From NCBI GenBank assembly GCA_031366795.1, contig JANLOX010000012.1:1-16332 (forward strand): a stretch of DNA of 16,332 nt, read 5' to 3'. The first letter of the stretch is position 1, and each line of letters begins with the position of its first letter. The notes below the pieces were generated by a model. It was given only the letters and a program-made list of their open reading frames with translations, had not been told where the DNA came from and searched no databases. This document shows positions 1-7,723 of this stretch, in pieces. Both the position numbers and the translations under genes were made by a program. The stretch comes from Candidatus Eiseniibacteriota bacterium. Lineage in GTDB: Bacteria > Eisenbacteria > RBG-16-71-46.

Positions 1-1464
1 CGTGACCGCGAAGCCCTTGATCGGTCCGGTTCCGAACTGGAACAGGAACAGGCCGCTGATGATCGTGGTGAGGTGCGCATCGAGAATGGTGCGGAACGCG
101 CGGTTGTAGCCGAGATCCACCGACTGCCGCACGCTCTTGCCACCGCGCAGTTCCTCGCGGATGCGCTCAAAGATCAGCACGTTCGTGTCGACCGCCATAC
201 CGACGGTGAGCACGAGGCCGGCGATGCCGGGCAGCGTCAGCGTGGCGCCGAAGCCGCACAGACAGGCCAGGATGTAGAGCAGGTTGAGGCCGAGTGCTGC
301 GATCGCGATGACGCCCGACAGCTGGTAGAACACCGCCATGAACACCACGACCAGCACGGTGCCGATCCAGCCGGCCGTGAAGCCTTCCTTGATCGAGTCG
401 CCGCCGAGCGAGGGTCCGACAGAGCTTTCCTCGATGACGTGCACCGGCGCCGGCAGTGAGCCTGCGCGCAACACGATGGCGAGGTCCTTGGACGTTGCGA
501 CGTCGAAGTTGCCGGTGATCGAGGCATCGCCCGACGGGATCTTCTCGTGGATGTTTGGCGCCGAGGAGACGACGCCGTCGAGCACGATCGCCAGCTGGCG
601 GCCCACGTTGTTGCCCGTCACGTTCGCGAAGTCGGCGCGGCCCTTGGGCGTCATCTTCATACTGACGCCCCAGGCGGCGGGGTTGGTGGGCTGCAGGCCG
701 TTGCGGGCATCTGCGCTGGCCACCGAGCCACCGGTCATCTCGGGTTCCCGCTTGACCAGGTAGATCGCGCGGCCCGAAACGCCCTGCATACTGTCATCCG
801 CGTCGCCCCACAGCAGCTGCGAGTCGTTGGGCACGATCGAATCGATACCGGGGGTGGCGAGCATGCGCTCGATCACCGGCAGGTCTTCGTTGCGCGCGAA
901 CGGGAACGGCTCCGTGGTGAGCAGGTGGCCCGAGAACGGCGTGCGCGCGAGGGCGGAGTCGCTCTTCGTGCCGCCGGTGATGCCGCGATTCGACAGGAAG
1001 CTGTCGAGCCGGTCGACCACGGCCTTGGTCTCTTCGGGCGTGCGCACCAGCTTGAACTCGAGCAGGGCCGTCTTGCCGATCAGCTCGATCGCGCGTTCGC
1101 GATCGGTGAGACCGGGCAACTGGACGACGATGCGGTCTTCGCCTTCGCGCTGCACGATCGGCTCGGCGACGCCGAACTGGTCGATTCGGTTGCGGATGAC
1201 TTCCATCGCGCGATCCGGCGCGTCCTTGGCTTCGGCGGGGCTCAGCCGCGAGCGGTCGACTTCGAGCACCAGGTGCATGCCACCCTGAAGATCCAGCCCC
1301 AAGTGTATCGACTTCTTGCGCAACTCGGTAAGCTCTTTGGCTGGCGTCGCATCGCGCTGCGCCGGGGTCATCGAGTAGTAGCGATAGGACGGATAGAGGA
1401 AGTACAGCGCCAATGCCGTAGCGGCAATGACGCCCAGCAACTTCCACTGGTCGGTTCGGTTCAT
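1..1464 (-). CDS. secD: Protein translocase subunit SecD (3' end runs off the window)
   Basis: Manual minus-strand translation from the ATG at 1464 (GGAG RBS upstream) gives MNRTDQWKLLGVIAATALALYFLYPSY...IHLGLDLQGGMHLVLEVD...IRNRIDQFGVAEP...LTLPGIAGLVLTVGMAVDTNVLIFERIREE...GTGPIKGFAVT. These are SecD signature motifs. Confidence 0.97.
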   Translation of the reverse strand, partial: MNRTDQWKLLGVIAATALALYFLYPSYRYYSMTPAQRDATPAKELTELRKKSIHLGLDLQGGMHLVLEVDRSRLSPAEAKDAPDRAMEVIRNRIDQFGVAEPIVQREGEDRIVVQLPGLTDRERAIELIGKTALLEFKLVRTPEETKAVVDRLDSFLSNRGITGGTKSDSALARTPFSGHLLTTEPFPFARNEDLPVIERMLATPGIDSIVPNDSQLLWGDADDSMQGVSGRAIYLVKREPEMTGGSVASADARNGLQPTNPAAWGVSMKMTPKGRADFANVTGNNVGRQLAIVLDGVVSSAPNIHEKIPSGDASITGNFDVATSKDLAIVLRAGSLPAPVHVIEESSVGPSLGGDSIKEGFTAGWIGTVLVVVFMAVFYQLSGVIAIAALGLNLLYILACLCGFGATLTLPGIAGLVLTVGMAVDTNVLIFERIREELRGGKSVRQSVDLGYNRAFRTILDAHLTTIISGLFLFQFGTGPIKGFAVT

Positions 1465-1546
1465 CCGGATCTCCCAAATGGGTCGTCCGCCTGGGCAGTT
1501 CTGGGCGGGATCAAGCAGAGGCGGGATGCGGCAAAATGAGGGGCGG

Positions 1547-1576
1547 AGTGTACGGGCGTCCGCCGAAGAGTGTCAA
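1547..1576 (-). promoter_or_regulatory. Sigma70-type promoter for secD
   Basis: Minus strand TTGACA (1576-1571), 18-bp spacer, TACACT (1552-1547), about 80 nt upstream of the secD ATG. Confidence 0.7.
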
Positions 1577-1925
1577 CGAATGGCAGCCGGAACCTGCTTG
1601 GGCCCAAGGGTATCGCTGGTGGCAAGCACCGGGAGGGGGCCGGATGGTGGTCCGGCCCCGGGTGCATTCTGCGATACTTGAAGGGTACTCGGTGGGACGG
1701 GGTGGGGCATGCGAGGTGGGCTGATGAGGTGGGATCCCGGTGCGTGTGACTCCGGCGGATCCGCAAGCCCCGTACCGCGCGCAACTCCTTGAATTACGCG
1801 GGATCCGCCTTGCGGGTCTGGCCACGCTGTCGACGGTTCGACCCTCCCGTCGGCACACGGGCGGCGGTAGGTCTGGCGCGAAACCCCTCAGAAAATGCAG
1901 CCGCAGGTGGCTGTGGCCGTGTTTC

Positions 1926-1955
1926 TTGACACCCCTAGACACCCATTCCTATAGT
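1926..1955 (+). promoter_or_regulatory. Sigma70-type promoter for the beta-barrel/guaB operon
   Basis: TTGACA (1926-1931), 18-bp spacer, TATAGT (1950-1955). This places the ORF-track start at 1954 inside the -10 element and favours the ATG at 2032. Confidence 0.75.
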
Positions 1956-2031
1956 GCGGCCCTCGTTGTCGACCAGCCGGGCTTTCGCGTCTTCTGTTCC
2001 CCACGATCCGGACAGAGGGGTCTATCTGCTT

Positions 2032-2793
2032 ATGATTTCACGCGTTTACCGTGTAGGCGTCGCACTGCTGACGTGCCTCGCGGTGGCGACAGCGTGTTTC
2101 GCCGCGGAACCGGGGCCTGCCCCCGGCAAGGGTGGAATGGGCGGCCAGTTGGGCCTGTCGACCTTTGCGCTCGACCGCGCCCTCGGCAAGGAATGGTTCG
2201 CCGACTATTCCAATGGCGCGAGCATGCGCTTCGCCTTCGATGCCCATTGGCGCTACCAGTTCACCAATCGCTGGCGCGGCCAAGTCGCGACGGGTTTCGC
2301 CTGGACAGGGTACAGCGCCAAGCACGACGCGAATGGTGTCCCCTCATTCCCGGCCCCGTTTGTGGACCCGAACTTCCGCAACGATGGCGACAAATCCGGC
2401 TATCTCGCCCTGATGTTGCCCATCAGCTTCCAGTTGCAGTACTTGGGACGCCATGGGCAGTGGGCCTACCACGTGGGTGCAGGCCCCGGCGCTTACCGCG
2501 TCTGGGTCCAGAACCACCGCAAGGTGCTCAAGGATCCGGTGAGTCTCAAGTTGCACCGCGGCCTCTATCCGGGCGGATCGGCCGAGTTCGGCATCGAGCA
2601 CTTCTTCAAGGATAGCCCGGCGGTCTCGCTCGAACTGACGGCCACGAGCCATCTCGCGTTGTCCCAACGGCACGCGCAGTTCGTTTCGGGGCTCGACAGT
2701 AATGTGATGGCGACCGAATTGCGCTTCGGCGCGAATTACTATTTCACGCCGGGTCCGCGCAAGGCGCCGTCCAAAGCGCCCAAGTTGCCCTGA
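2032..2793 (+). CDS. Putative outer-membrane beta-barrel protein, unknown function
   Basis: ATG at 2032 after AGAGGGG. Signal peptide [24 protein letters not shown]. Alternating aromatic/Gly beta-strands ([34 protein letters not shown]) and a last strand [10 protein letters not shown] followed by a short Pro/Lys tail. The stop overlaps the guaB start (TGATG). Confidence 0.7.
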   Translation: MISRVYRVGVALLTCLAVATACFAAEPGPAPGKGGMGGQLGLSTFALDRALGKEWFADYSNGASMRFAFDAHWRYQFTNRWRGQVATGFAWTGYSAKHDANGVPSFPAPFVDPNFRNDGDKSGYLALMLPISFQLQYLGRHGQWAYHVGAGPGAYRVWVQNHRKVLKDPVSLKLHRGLYPGGSAEFGIEHFFKDSPAVSLELTATSHLALSQRHAQFVSGLDSNVMATELRFGANYYFTPGPRKAPSKAPKLP

Positions 2794-4292
2794 TGAACGA
2801 TCCCGCCCCCGCGCGCGTCGACTGGCAGGCCAAGGTCGGCCCCGAAGGGCTCACGTTCGACGATGAGCTGCTGGTCCCGCGCCTGGCGGAGTTTCATCCG
2901 CGCGAGGTCGACGTCCGCAGCCTGTTCTCGCGCCGCGTGCCGCTGAATGTGCCCATCGTGAGCGCCGCCATGGATACCGTCACCGAGGCGCCGCTGGCCA
3001 TTGCGCTGGCGCGTGATGGCGGTATCGGGGTGATCCACAAGAACCTCTCGATCGCAGACCAGGCGGAGCAGGTCGACCGCGTGAAGCGCTCCGAGAGCGG
3101 CATGATCGTGGACCCGGTGACGCTTCCGCCCACGGCTACTGTGGGCGAAGCGCACGCGATCATGGCGCGCTTTCATATTTCGGGCGTGCCGATCAGCGCG
3201 AACGGCAAGCTCGTCGGCATCCTGACGAATCGTGACCTGCGTTTCGAGACGCGCCCTGAGCGTCTCGTCTCGGAGATCATGACGCAGGAAGGCTTGGTCA
3301 CCACGCCCGTGGGTACCACGCTGGTGGAAGCGCGCGAGATTCTTGCCAAGCATCGCATCGAGAAGTTGCCGGTGGTCGACGACGAGGGCCGGCTGCGCGG
3401 GTTGATCACCGTCAAGGATATCGAGAAGCGCATCCGCCACCCACACGCCTGCAAGGATTCGCTCGGCCGGTTGCGGGTGGCGGCGGCCATCGGCGCGGGC
3501 GGTGACGCGATCGAGCGCGCGGCCGAGCTGGTGAGGGCCGGTGTCGACGCGCTGGTCATCGACAGCGCGCATGCGCACTCGAAGGGTGTGCTCGATACCG
3601 CGCGCGAACTGCGCGGGCGCTATGCGGACGTGGACCTGGTGGTCGGCAACGTCGGCACCTACGAAGGCGCCAGGGCCGTCGCAGCTCTGGGGGTCGATGG
3701 CGTGAAGGTCGGCATGGGCCCGGGTGCCATCTGCACCACGCGCGTCGTCACGGGCGCCGGGGCGGCGCAACTGACGGCGATCCTCGACGCGGCGCGCGCG
3801 CTCGAGGGCACCGGCATTCCACTGATCGCCGATGGCGGCATCAAGTATTCGGGCGACGTGGTCAAGGCGCTCGCCGCCGGTGCCCATTCGGTGATGATCG
3901 GCAGCCTGTTTGCCGGTACCGAGGAGAGCCCCGGGGAAGTCGTGCTGCTCGAGGGCCGCTCGTTCAAGGTGTACCGCGGCATGGGCTCGCTGTCCGCGAT
4001 GGCCGCCGCGAAGGGGAGTCGCGAACGCTACTTCCAGGAGAACACCGATGAGCTCTCGAAGCTGGTGCCGGAGGGCATCGAAGGCCGCGTGCCCTTCAAG
4101 GGCCCGCTCGAGAACACGGTGTTCCAGATGGTGGGCGGTCTGCGGGCAGGCATGGGGTACTGCGGCGCGCGCACGATCGAGGAATTGCGCACGCAGGCTC
4201 GCTTCGCACGGATCAGCTCCGCCGGCCTGCGCGAGAGCCACCCGCACGATGTGACCATCACGAAAGAGGCGCCGAACTACGGAGCGCGGTAG
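2793..4292 (+). CDS. guaB: Inosine-5'-monophosphate dehydrogenase with CBS pair
   Basis: [29 protein letters not shown] domains, catalytic loop [26 protein letters not shown], flap RY dyad, [15 protein letters not shown]. Confidence 0.96.
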   Translation: MNDPAPARVDWQAKVGPEGLTFDDELLVPRLAEFHPREVDVRSLFSRRVPLNVPIVSAAMDTVTEAPLAIALARDGGIGVIHKNLSIADQAEQVDRVKRSESGMIVDPVTLPPTATVGEAHAIMARFHISGVPISANGKLVGILTNRDLRFETRPERLVSEIMTQEGLVTTPVGTTLVEAREILAKHRIEKLPVVDDEGRLRGLITVKDIEKRIRHPHACKDSLGRLRVAAAIGAGGDAIERAAELVRAGVDALVIDSAHAHSKGVLDTARELRGRYADVDLVVGNVGTYEGARAVAALGVDGVKVGMGPGAICTTRVVTGAGAAQLTAILDAARALEGTGIPLIADGGIKYSGDVVKALAAGAHSVMIGSLFAGTEESPGEVVLLEGRSFKVYRGMGSLSAMAAAKGSRERYFQENTDELSKLVPEGIEGRVPFKGPLENTVFQMVGGLRAGMGYCGARTIEELRTQARFARISSAGLRESHPHDVTITKEAPNYGAR

Positions 4293-4439
4293 GCAGGCCG
4301 CTGAAAACCCCCGATGGCTCCGTTGGCTCGTCGCGGTGCGCTGCGGGTCCACCAAGCTTGTGGCCCAACGAGCTGCACTGGCCGTGAAGTATTTTCGGCA
4401 GTTGCCATTCCGTGCGGGTACCACGGAGCGGCCCCCGAT

Positions 4440-4555
4440 ATCATTGAGCGGACCTCCGTCGACACCCCAATACCGACGTCCCGGATATCTTCCGCGTGCC
4501 AAAGCCGCCTTGTGTGGCAGGCGCTGACACACGGGATGAAGCTCGCGCGATGCTC
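4440..4555 (+). pseudogene. Possible degraded HicB-like antitoxin fragment
   Basis: IIERTS (4440-4457) in one frame and VPKPPCVAGADTRDEARAML (4496-4555) in another resemble the HicB N-terminal pattern VIE...VPDLPGCVAxGxTxEEA. No intact ORF; short by-eye match only. Confidence 0.3.
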
Positions 4556-4562
4556 CAACGGC

Positions 4563-4649
4563 AAGGCGATCCTGGCCGATGTGACCGCATGGTGCCACGG
4601 CAAGCTGGGTGCGGATGACATCACGATCGTGGTCGCCCGCCGCCGCTGA
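4563..4649 (+). pseudogene. C-terminal remnant of a PP2C/SpoIIE (RsbU-type) phosphatase gene
   Basis: KAILADVTAWCHGKLGADDITIVVARRR-stop matches the SpoIIE-family terminal helix plus the DDxT-hydrophobic strand. Upstream in-frame sequence lacks the rest of the domain. Confidence 0.6.
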
Positions 4650-4702
4650 TTTCCAGGCGACGCCTCGCCCCGATGCCGTGGAAGCGGGAAATCAAGTATT
4701 GA

Positions 4703-4718
4703 CCCCCCGATCGGGGGG
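4703..4718. repeat. Perfect 16-bp palindrome CCCCCCGATCGGGGGG
   Basis: Seen directly. Flanked by CAAGT (4693-4697) and ACTTG (4725-4729) and overlapped by TTGACC (4699-4704). Function (terminator or operator) unclear. Confidence 0.6.
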
Positions 4719-4794
4719 GAGTCCACTTGCTCCCGTTGTCCTAATCCCGCGTCGCTGCAAGGCGATGGTATTCCTGTCCCCGAGGGATGTTCTC

Positions 4795-5235
4795 ATGAAA
4801 CGTGCGCTACTACTTTCCGCCCTGCTCTGCATGGCGGCCACCAATGCCTTCGCGGTGGGATGTGATCTCGCCGTGTTTGCGTGTCCGGGGAATGCGGGTG
4901 CGGCGCGCCGGACGGAGTCGATGGTGCGCATCGCCACGACGTCTTACCGGTCGTTCAATTTGGCCGTGAACATCAATGCCAAGGTGTTCGCGATCGGACT
5001 CATGATCGACGGGAGCACTTCTTTCGAGGCCTCGGGCAGCCCCGCGCATGGCTGCACGATGCCGAACGGCATCTCGTTGGAACAGATCGCGCCGGGCTCG
5101 GCGAACAACAATACGGTGACCACGCTGACCTCGGGCTCGCAGATGCTCAACGTTGTGTACGTCAATGGCTCGGGGGGTGTTGTGACCCCCACGCAGCGTC
5201 ACTCGTGGGGTGCCTTGAAGGCGATGTACCGCTAG
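4795..5235 (+). CDS. Secreted hypothetical protein (146 aa) with C-terminal TPTQRHSWGALKAMYR tail
   Basis: ATG at 4795 after GAGGG. Signal peptide MKRALLLSALLCMAATNAFA. Small-residue-rich body with cysteines and a distinctive terminal WGxxKxxYR motif. Confidence 0.7.
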   Translation: MKRALLLSALLCMAATNAFAVGCDLAVFACPGNAGAARRTESMVRIATTSYRSFNLAVNINAKVFAIGLMIDGSTSFEASGSPAHGCTMPNGISLEQIAPGSANNNTVTTLTSGSQMLNVVYVNGSGGVVTPTQRHSWGALKAMYR

Positions 5236-5368
5236 AAGATTCAAGCGGCAGGGCCCCCAATGCTGCATCGCCGGCCCAGTGTATGTTTCAGGTTCCGCAG
5301 TGCCGCCCGAGTCGGCGCGTTGCGCCGGTCGCTGATGGCCGGCCGTTCCACATCACCCGGAGTGCCTC

Positions 5369-6166
5369 ATGCAGATCGCGATCTGGATCGTCATCGGAAT
5401 TGTCACCGCCGCACTTGCGCGCGCCATCATGCGCGAACGCCGTTTCGGGTTGCTCGGCGACCTGATGCTCGGGCTGCTGGGTGCGGTAGTCGGTGGTTGG
5501 GTGTTCCACGCCCTCGGGTTCAACAGCACGCACGACCTGCTGTCCCACGCTTTCGTGTCGCTGGTCGGCGCGGTCGCGGTGCTGGGAATCGCACGGTGGC
5601 TGCGCCCGGTGGTGCGCGAAACCGAGAAACTGCTCGGCGGCACCGGGGACGCGACGGATCTCGAAGCGCACATCCGGCGGCTCGGCGTATGGGAGCGCCG
5701 CATTCTCGAGCGCACGCTCAAGGGACCGTCCCCGCTGCGCGACCCCAACGCCGTATACGATGCCACGCTGACATTCGGGCAGCGGCTCGCCGACAAAGTG
5801 GCCGCCTATGGCGGCAGCTGGCTGTTCATCTGCACGTTCCTCGTGATCATGGGCGCATGGATCGCCGTGAACACGAACCAGCAGATCCGCTGGGATCCGT
5901 ACCCGTTCATCCTGCTCAACCTGGTGCTGTCATGCCTCGCCGCATTGCAGGCGCCGATCATCATGATGAGCCAGAACCGCCAGGCCGTGAAAGACCGGCT
6001 GGACGCGCGCACCGACTACGAAGTGAACCTGCGCGCTGAACTGGAGATCCAGCACCTGCACGCCAAGCTCGACGCGCAGCGCGCCGGAGAGTGGAAGGAG
6101 TTGTTCGAGATCCAGCAGCGGCAGATTGAACTGCTCGACCGGATTACCGCGAGGATGCCCCAGTAA
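5369..6166 (+). CDS. Membrane protein: GlsB/YeaQ/YmgE (transglycosylase-associated) domain fused to DUF1003
   Basis: N-terminal WIVIGIVTAALARAIM...GLLGDLMLGLLGAVVGGWVF...SLVGAVAVL. C-terminal TFGQRLADKVAAYGGSWLFI...WDPYPFILLNLVLSCLAALQAPIIMMSQNRQ...DYEVNLRAELEIQHLHAKLD. GGAG RBS. Confidence 0.88.
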   Translation: MQIAIWIVIGIVTAALARAIMRERRFGLLGDLMLGLLGAVVGGWVFHALGFNSTHDLLSHAFVSLVGAVAVLGIARWLRPVVRETEKLLGGTGDATDLEAHIRRLGVWERRILERTLKGPSPLRDPNAVYDATLTFGQRLADKVAAYGGSWLFICTFLVIMGAWIAVNTNQQIRWDPYPFILLNLVLSCLAALQAPIIMMSQNRQAVKDRLDARTDYEVNLRAELEIQHLHAKLDAQRAGEWKELFEIQQRQIELLDRITARMPQ

Positions 6167-6167
6167 G

Positions 6168-6753
6168 CTACTTCGGCGGCACCGCTCCGTCGCCGGGCCA
6201 CGGTGAGTCGCTCACGCGCTTGAGGTTCATGTCGAAGAAGCGGATGGGATCCTGCTCACCCATGATGCGGTTGCCGACTTCGTGCCACGTGCTGTCGGAG
6301 ATCGTGGCCGTGTAGCGGATCGTCATGGGCCCGCCGCGATCTCCCACACATAGCTGCCCTTGGCCGGAACCAACGCGAAGTCGCCGGACATTCCCTGCGC
6401 GTAGGAGTGCAGGTTGAACATCTTGGACTTGGGATCGTACGACACGATACCCAGCGCGTTGAAGCCCGTCGTGACGTCCGCGTTGTAGGAGCGCCCCTCG
6501 ATGGCCTTCATCGAGCCATCGAGCAATGGCCCGATGCGCTCCGTCTGCGTGACGTCGTGGCGCACGCCCGACTGCAATACCGTCCACGCCGGCCCGCGCC
6601 AGATACCGTCCATAAACTTGAGCTGCGCCATCGCGGTCTTCTGCGCGGCGATGGTGACTGCGGGATCGGGGCGGCCTTGCGCGAAAGATGGAGCGGCTGC
6701 GGAGAGTGCGGCGAGCGGATCAGGATCGAGAGTGGGATTCGCAGCTTGAGCAT
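6168..6753 (-). pseudogene. DUF1579-like secreted protein gene with two single-base frameshifts
   Basis: Three frames join into one coherent protein: MLKLRIPLSILI (ATG 6753), shift near 6716, LAALSAAAPSFAQGRPDP...MDGIWRGPAW...QTERIGPLLDG...SYDP...VWEIAAGP, shift near 6327, MTIRYTATISDSTWHEVG...FFDMNLKRV...GAVPPK-stop. Confidence 0.75.
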
Positions 6754-6834
6754 GGGCACCCCGGGGGAAAGTGGTTGCGATGGCCCGGGGAGCGGGTGCT
6801 GAGCGCCCCTCGATTATCTTGCGCACGCTCAGTG

Positions 6835-7491
6835 CTTCCTAGCGCATGAGCCACGCCCACGTCGAAGAAGTAGAACTTCTCTGTGGTCACGGCTTTGCGC
6901 GAACGGGTCCTTTGGAACGGCGGAAGCAACTCGCCGACGAGTGTGTCCTGCAGGATCTGGAAGTAGTCGCGCACCGTCCGCGGCGATAACTGAGCGTCGT
7001 TGCCCAGTTTCGTGTAGTTGAGGATCTCGCCGTTCATTGCTGCCGCGGTTTCCAGAAATCGGCTGAAGTTGGGGACGGACCTCGCCAGACCCTCCGCGCG
7101 AATCTCCTCTTGGAGATAGAGTCCGACATAGGCTTGGAGCATTGCCTTCGGGTGCTTGGAATCGAGCACCGAGGGCAGCCCACCCCACCGAATCAGGTCC
7201 GTCCACGGCCGGTGCGGCGAGACGGTCCTGAGTTCGGGATAAACGATCGGGTGCATGCGCACGACCCCGGCCCGCCCGCCCAGCAGATTGCGCCCGCGCG
7301 CGCGCACGCTCCCCGATCAGGACGGGCGATACCGCCAACGCCCGGAACGTCTGGGCATCGAGCAGATCGAGAAACAGGGCATCGCGGAATGATGCCCCAA
7401 GCAGTGTGGACTTGCCGGTCTGGCGGGGGCCCAGGAGGAAGAAGCTGTGCTCTGCAGCCAGCGTTGGAAGATCGAGGAATCGTTTGTACAT
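6835..7491 (-). pseudogene. AAA_14/DUF4143-type ATP-binding protein, internally deleted and C-terminally truncated
   Basis: Walker A in FLLGPRQTGKST from the ATG at 7491. Near 7300 the frame jumps directly to NLLGGRA, so Walker B and the GSS motif are missing. It continues with GGLP, YLQEEIRAEG, FSRFLE, YFQILQDTL and KFYFFDVGV; family resemblance ends near 6835 (approximate). Confidence 0.8.
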
Positions 7492-7515
7492 CGCTCAAAG
7501 GTAGCGCATAGGGGC

Positions 7516-7570
7516 CGCAAAATTCAGTGGAGGCGCCACTGCTTTTCGCGAAAAACAGTGGCACCTCCAC
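7516..7570. repeat. 44-bp near-perfect inverted repeat (7527-7570) plus a third motif copy upstream of the ATPase gene
   Basis: GTGGAGGCGCCACTGCTTTTCG|CGAAAAACAGTGGCACCTCCAC, 20 of 22 positions complementary. Related copy CGCAAAATTCAGTGG at 7516-7530. Confidence 0.85.
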
Positions 7571-7655
7571 GCGCTCGAGCGGCGCAGCTGGGGCTCGCTC
7601 AAGGCGCTGTACCGGTAGCCGTTCACCGCTGGTGCGAGTTCTCGCGCACACGCAA

Positions 7656-7685
7656 TCGAGCCCCGGGATTTCTCCCGGGGCTCGA
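7656..7685 (-). terminator. Stem-loop, probable terminator of the 253-aa gene
   Basis: Perfect 13-bp stem TCGAGCCCCGGGA/TCCCGGGGCTCGA with a GAAA tetraloop on the minus strand, 38 nt after the stop at 7724. The U-tract is weak. Confidence 0.7.
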
Positions 7686-7723
7686 ACTCCAGACGGGGGA
7701 TGTCCGGTACATCTCGTGAGACG

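Noticed and set aside
73..1539. Plus-strand ORFs 73-459, 338-763, 547-1539, 827-1288 and minus ORF 794-1477
   Set aside because: Antisense or off-frame shadows of secD, whose true frame starts at 1464.
2739..4598. 619-aa minus-strand ORF
   Set aside because: Antisense shadow of guaB produced by GC3 bias; Arg/His/Ala-rich with no recognisable motif.
7516..7685. Palindromes as a CRISPR array or integron attC sites
   Set aside because: No regularly spaced repeat-spacer units, no cas or integrase gene, and no convincing attC core-site pair.
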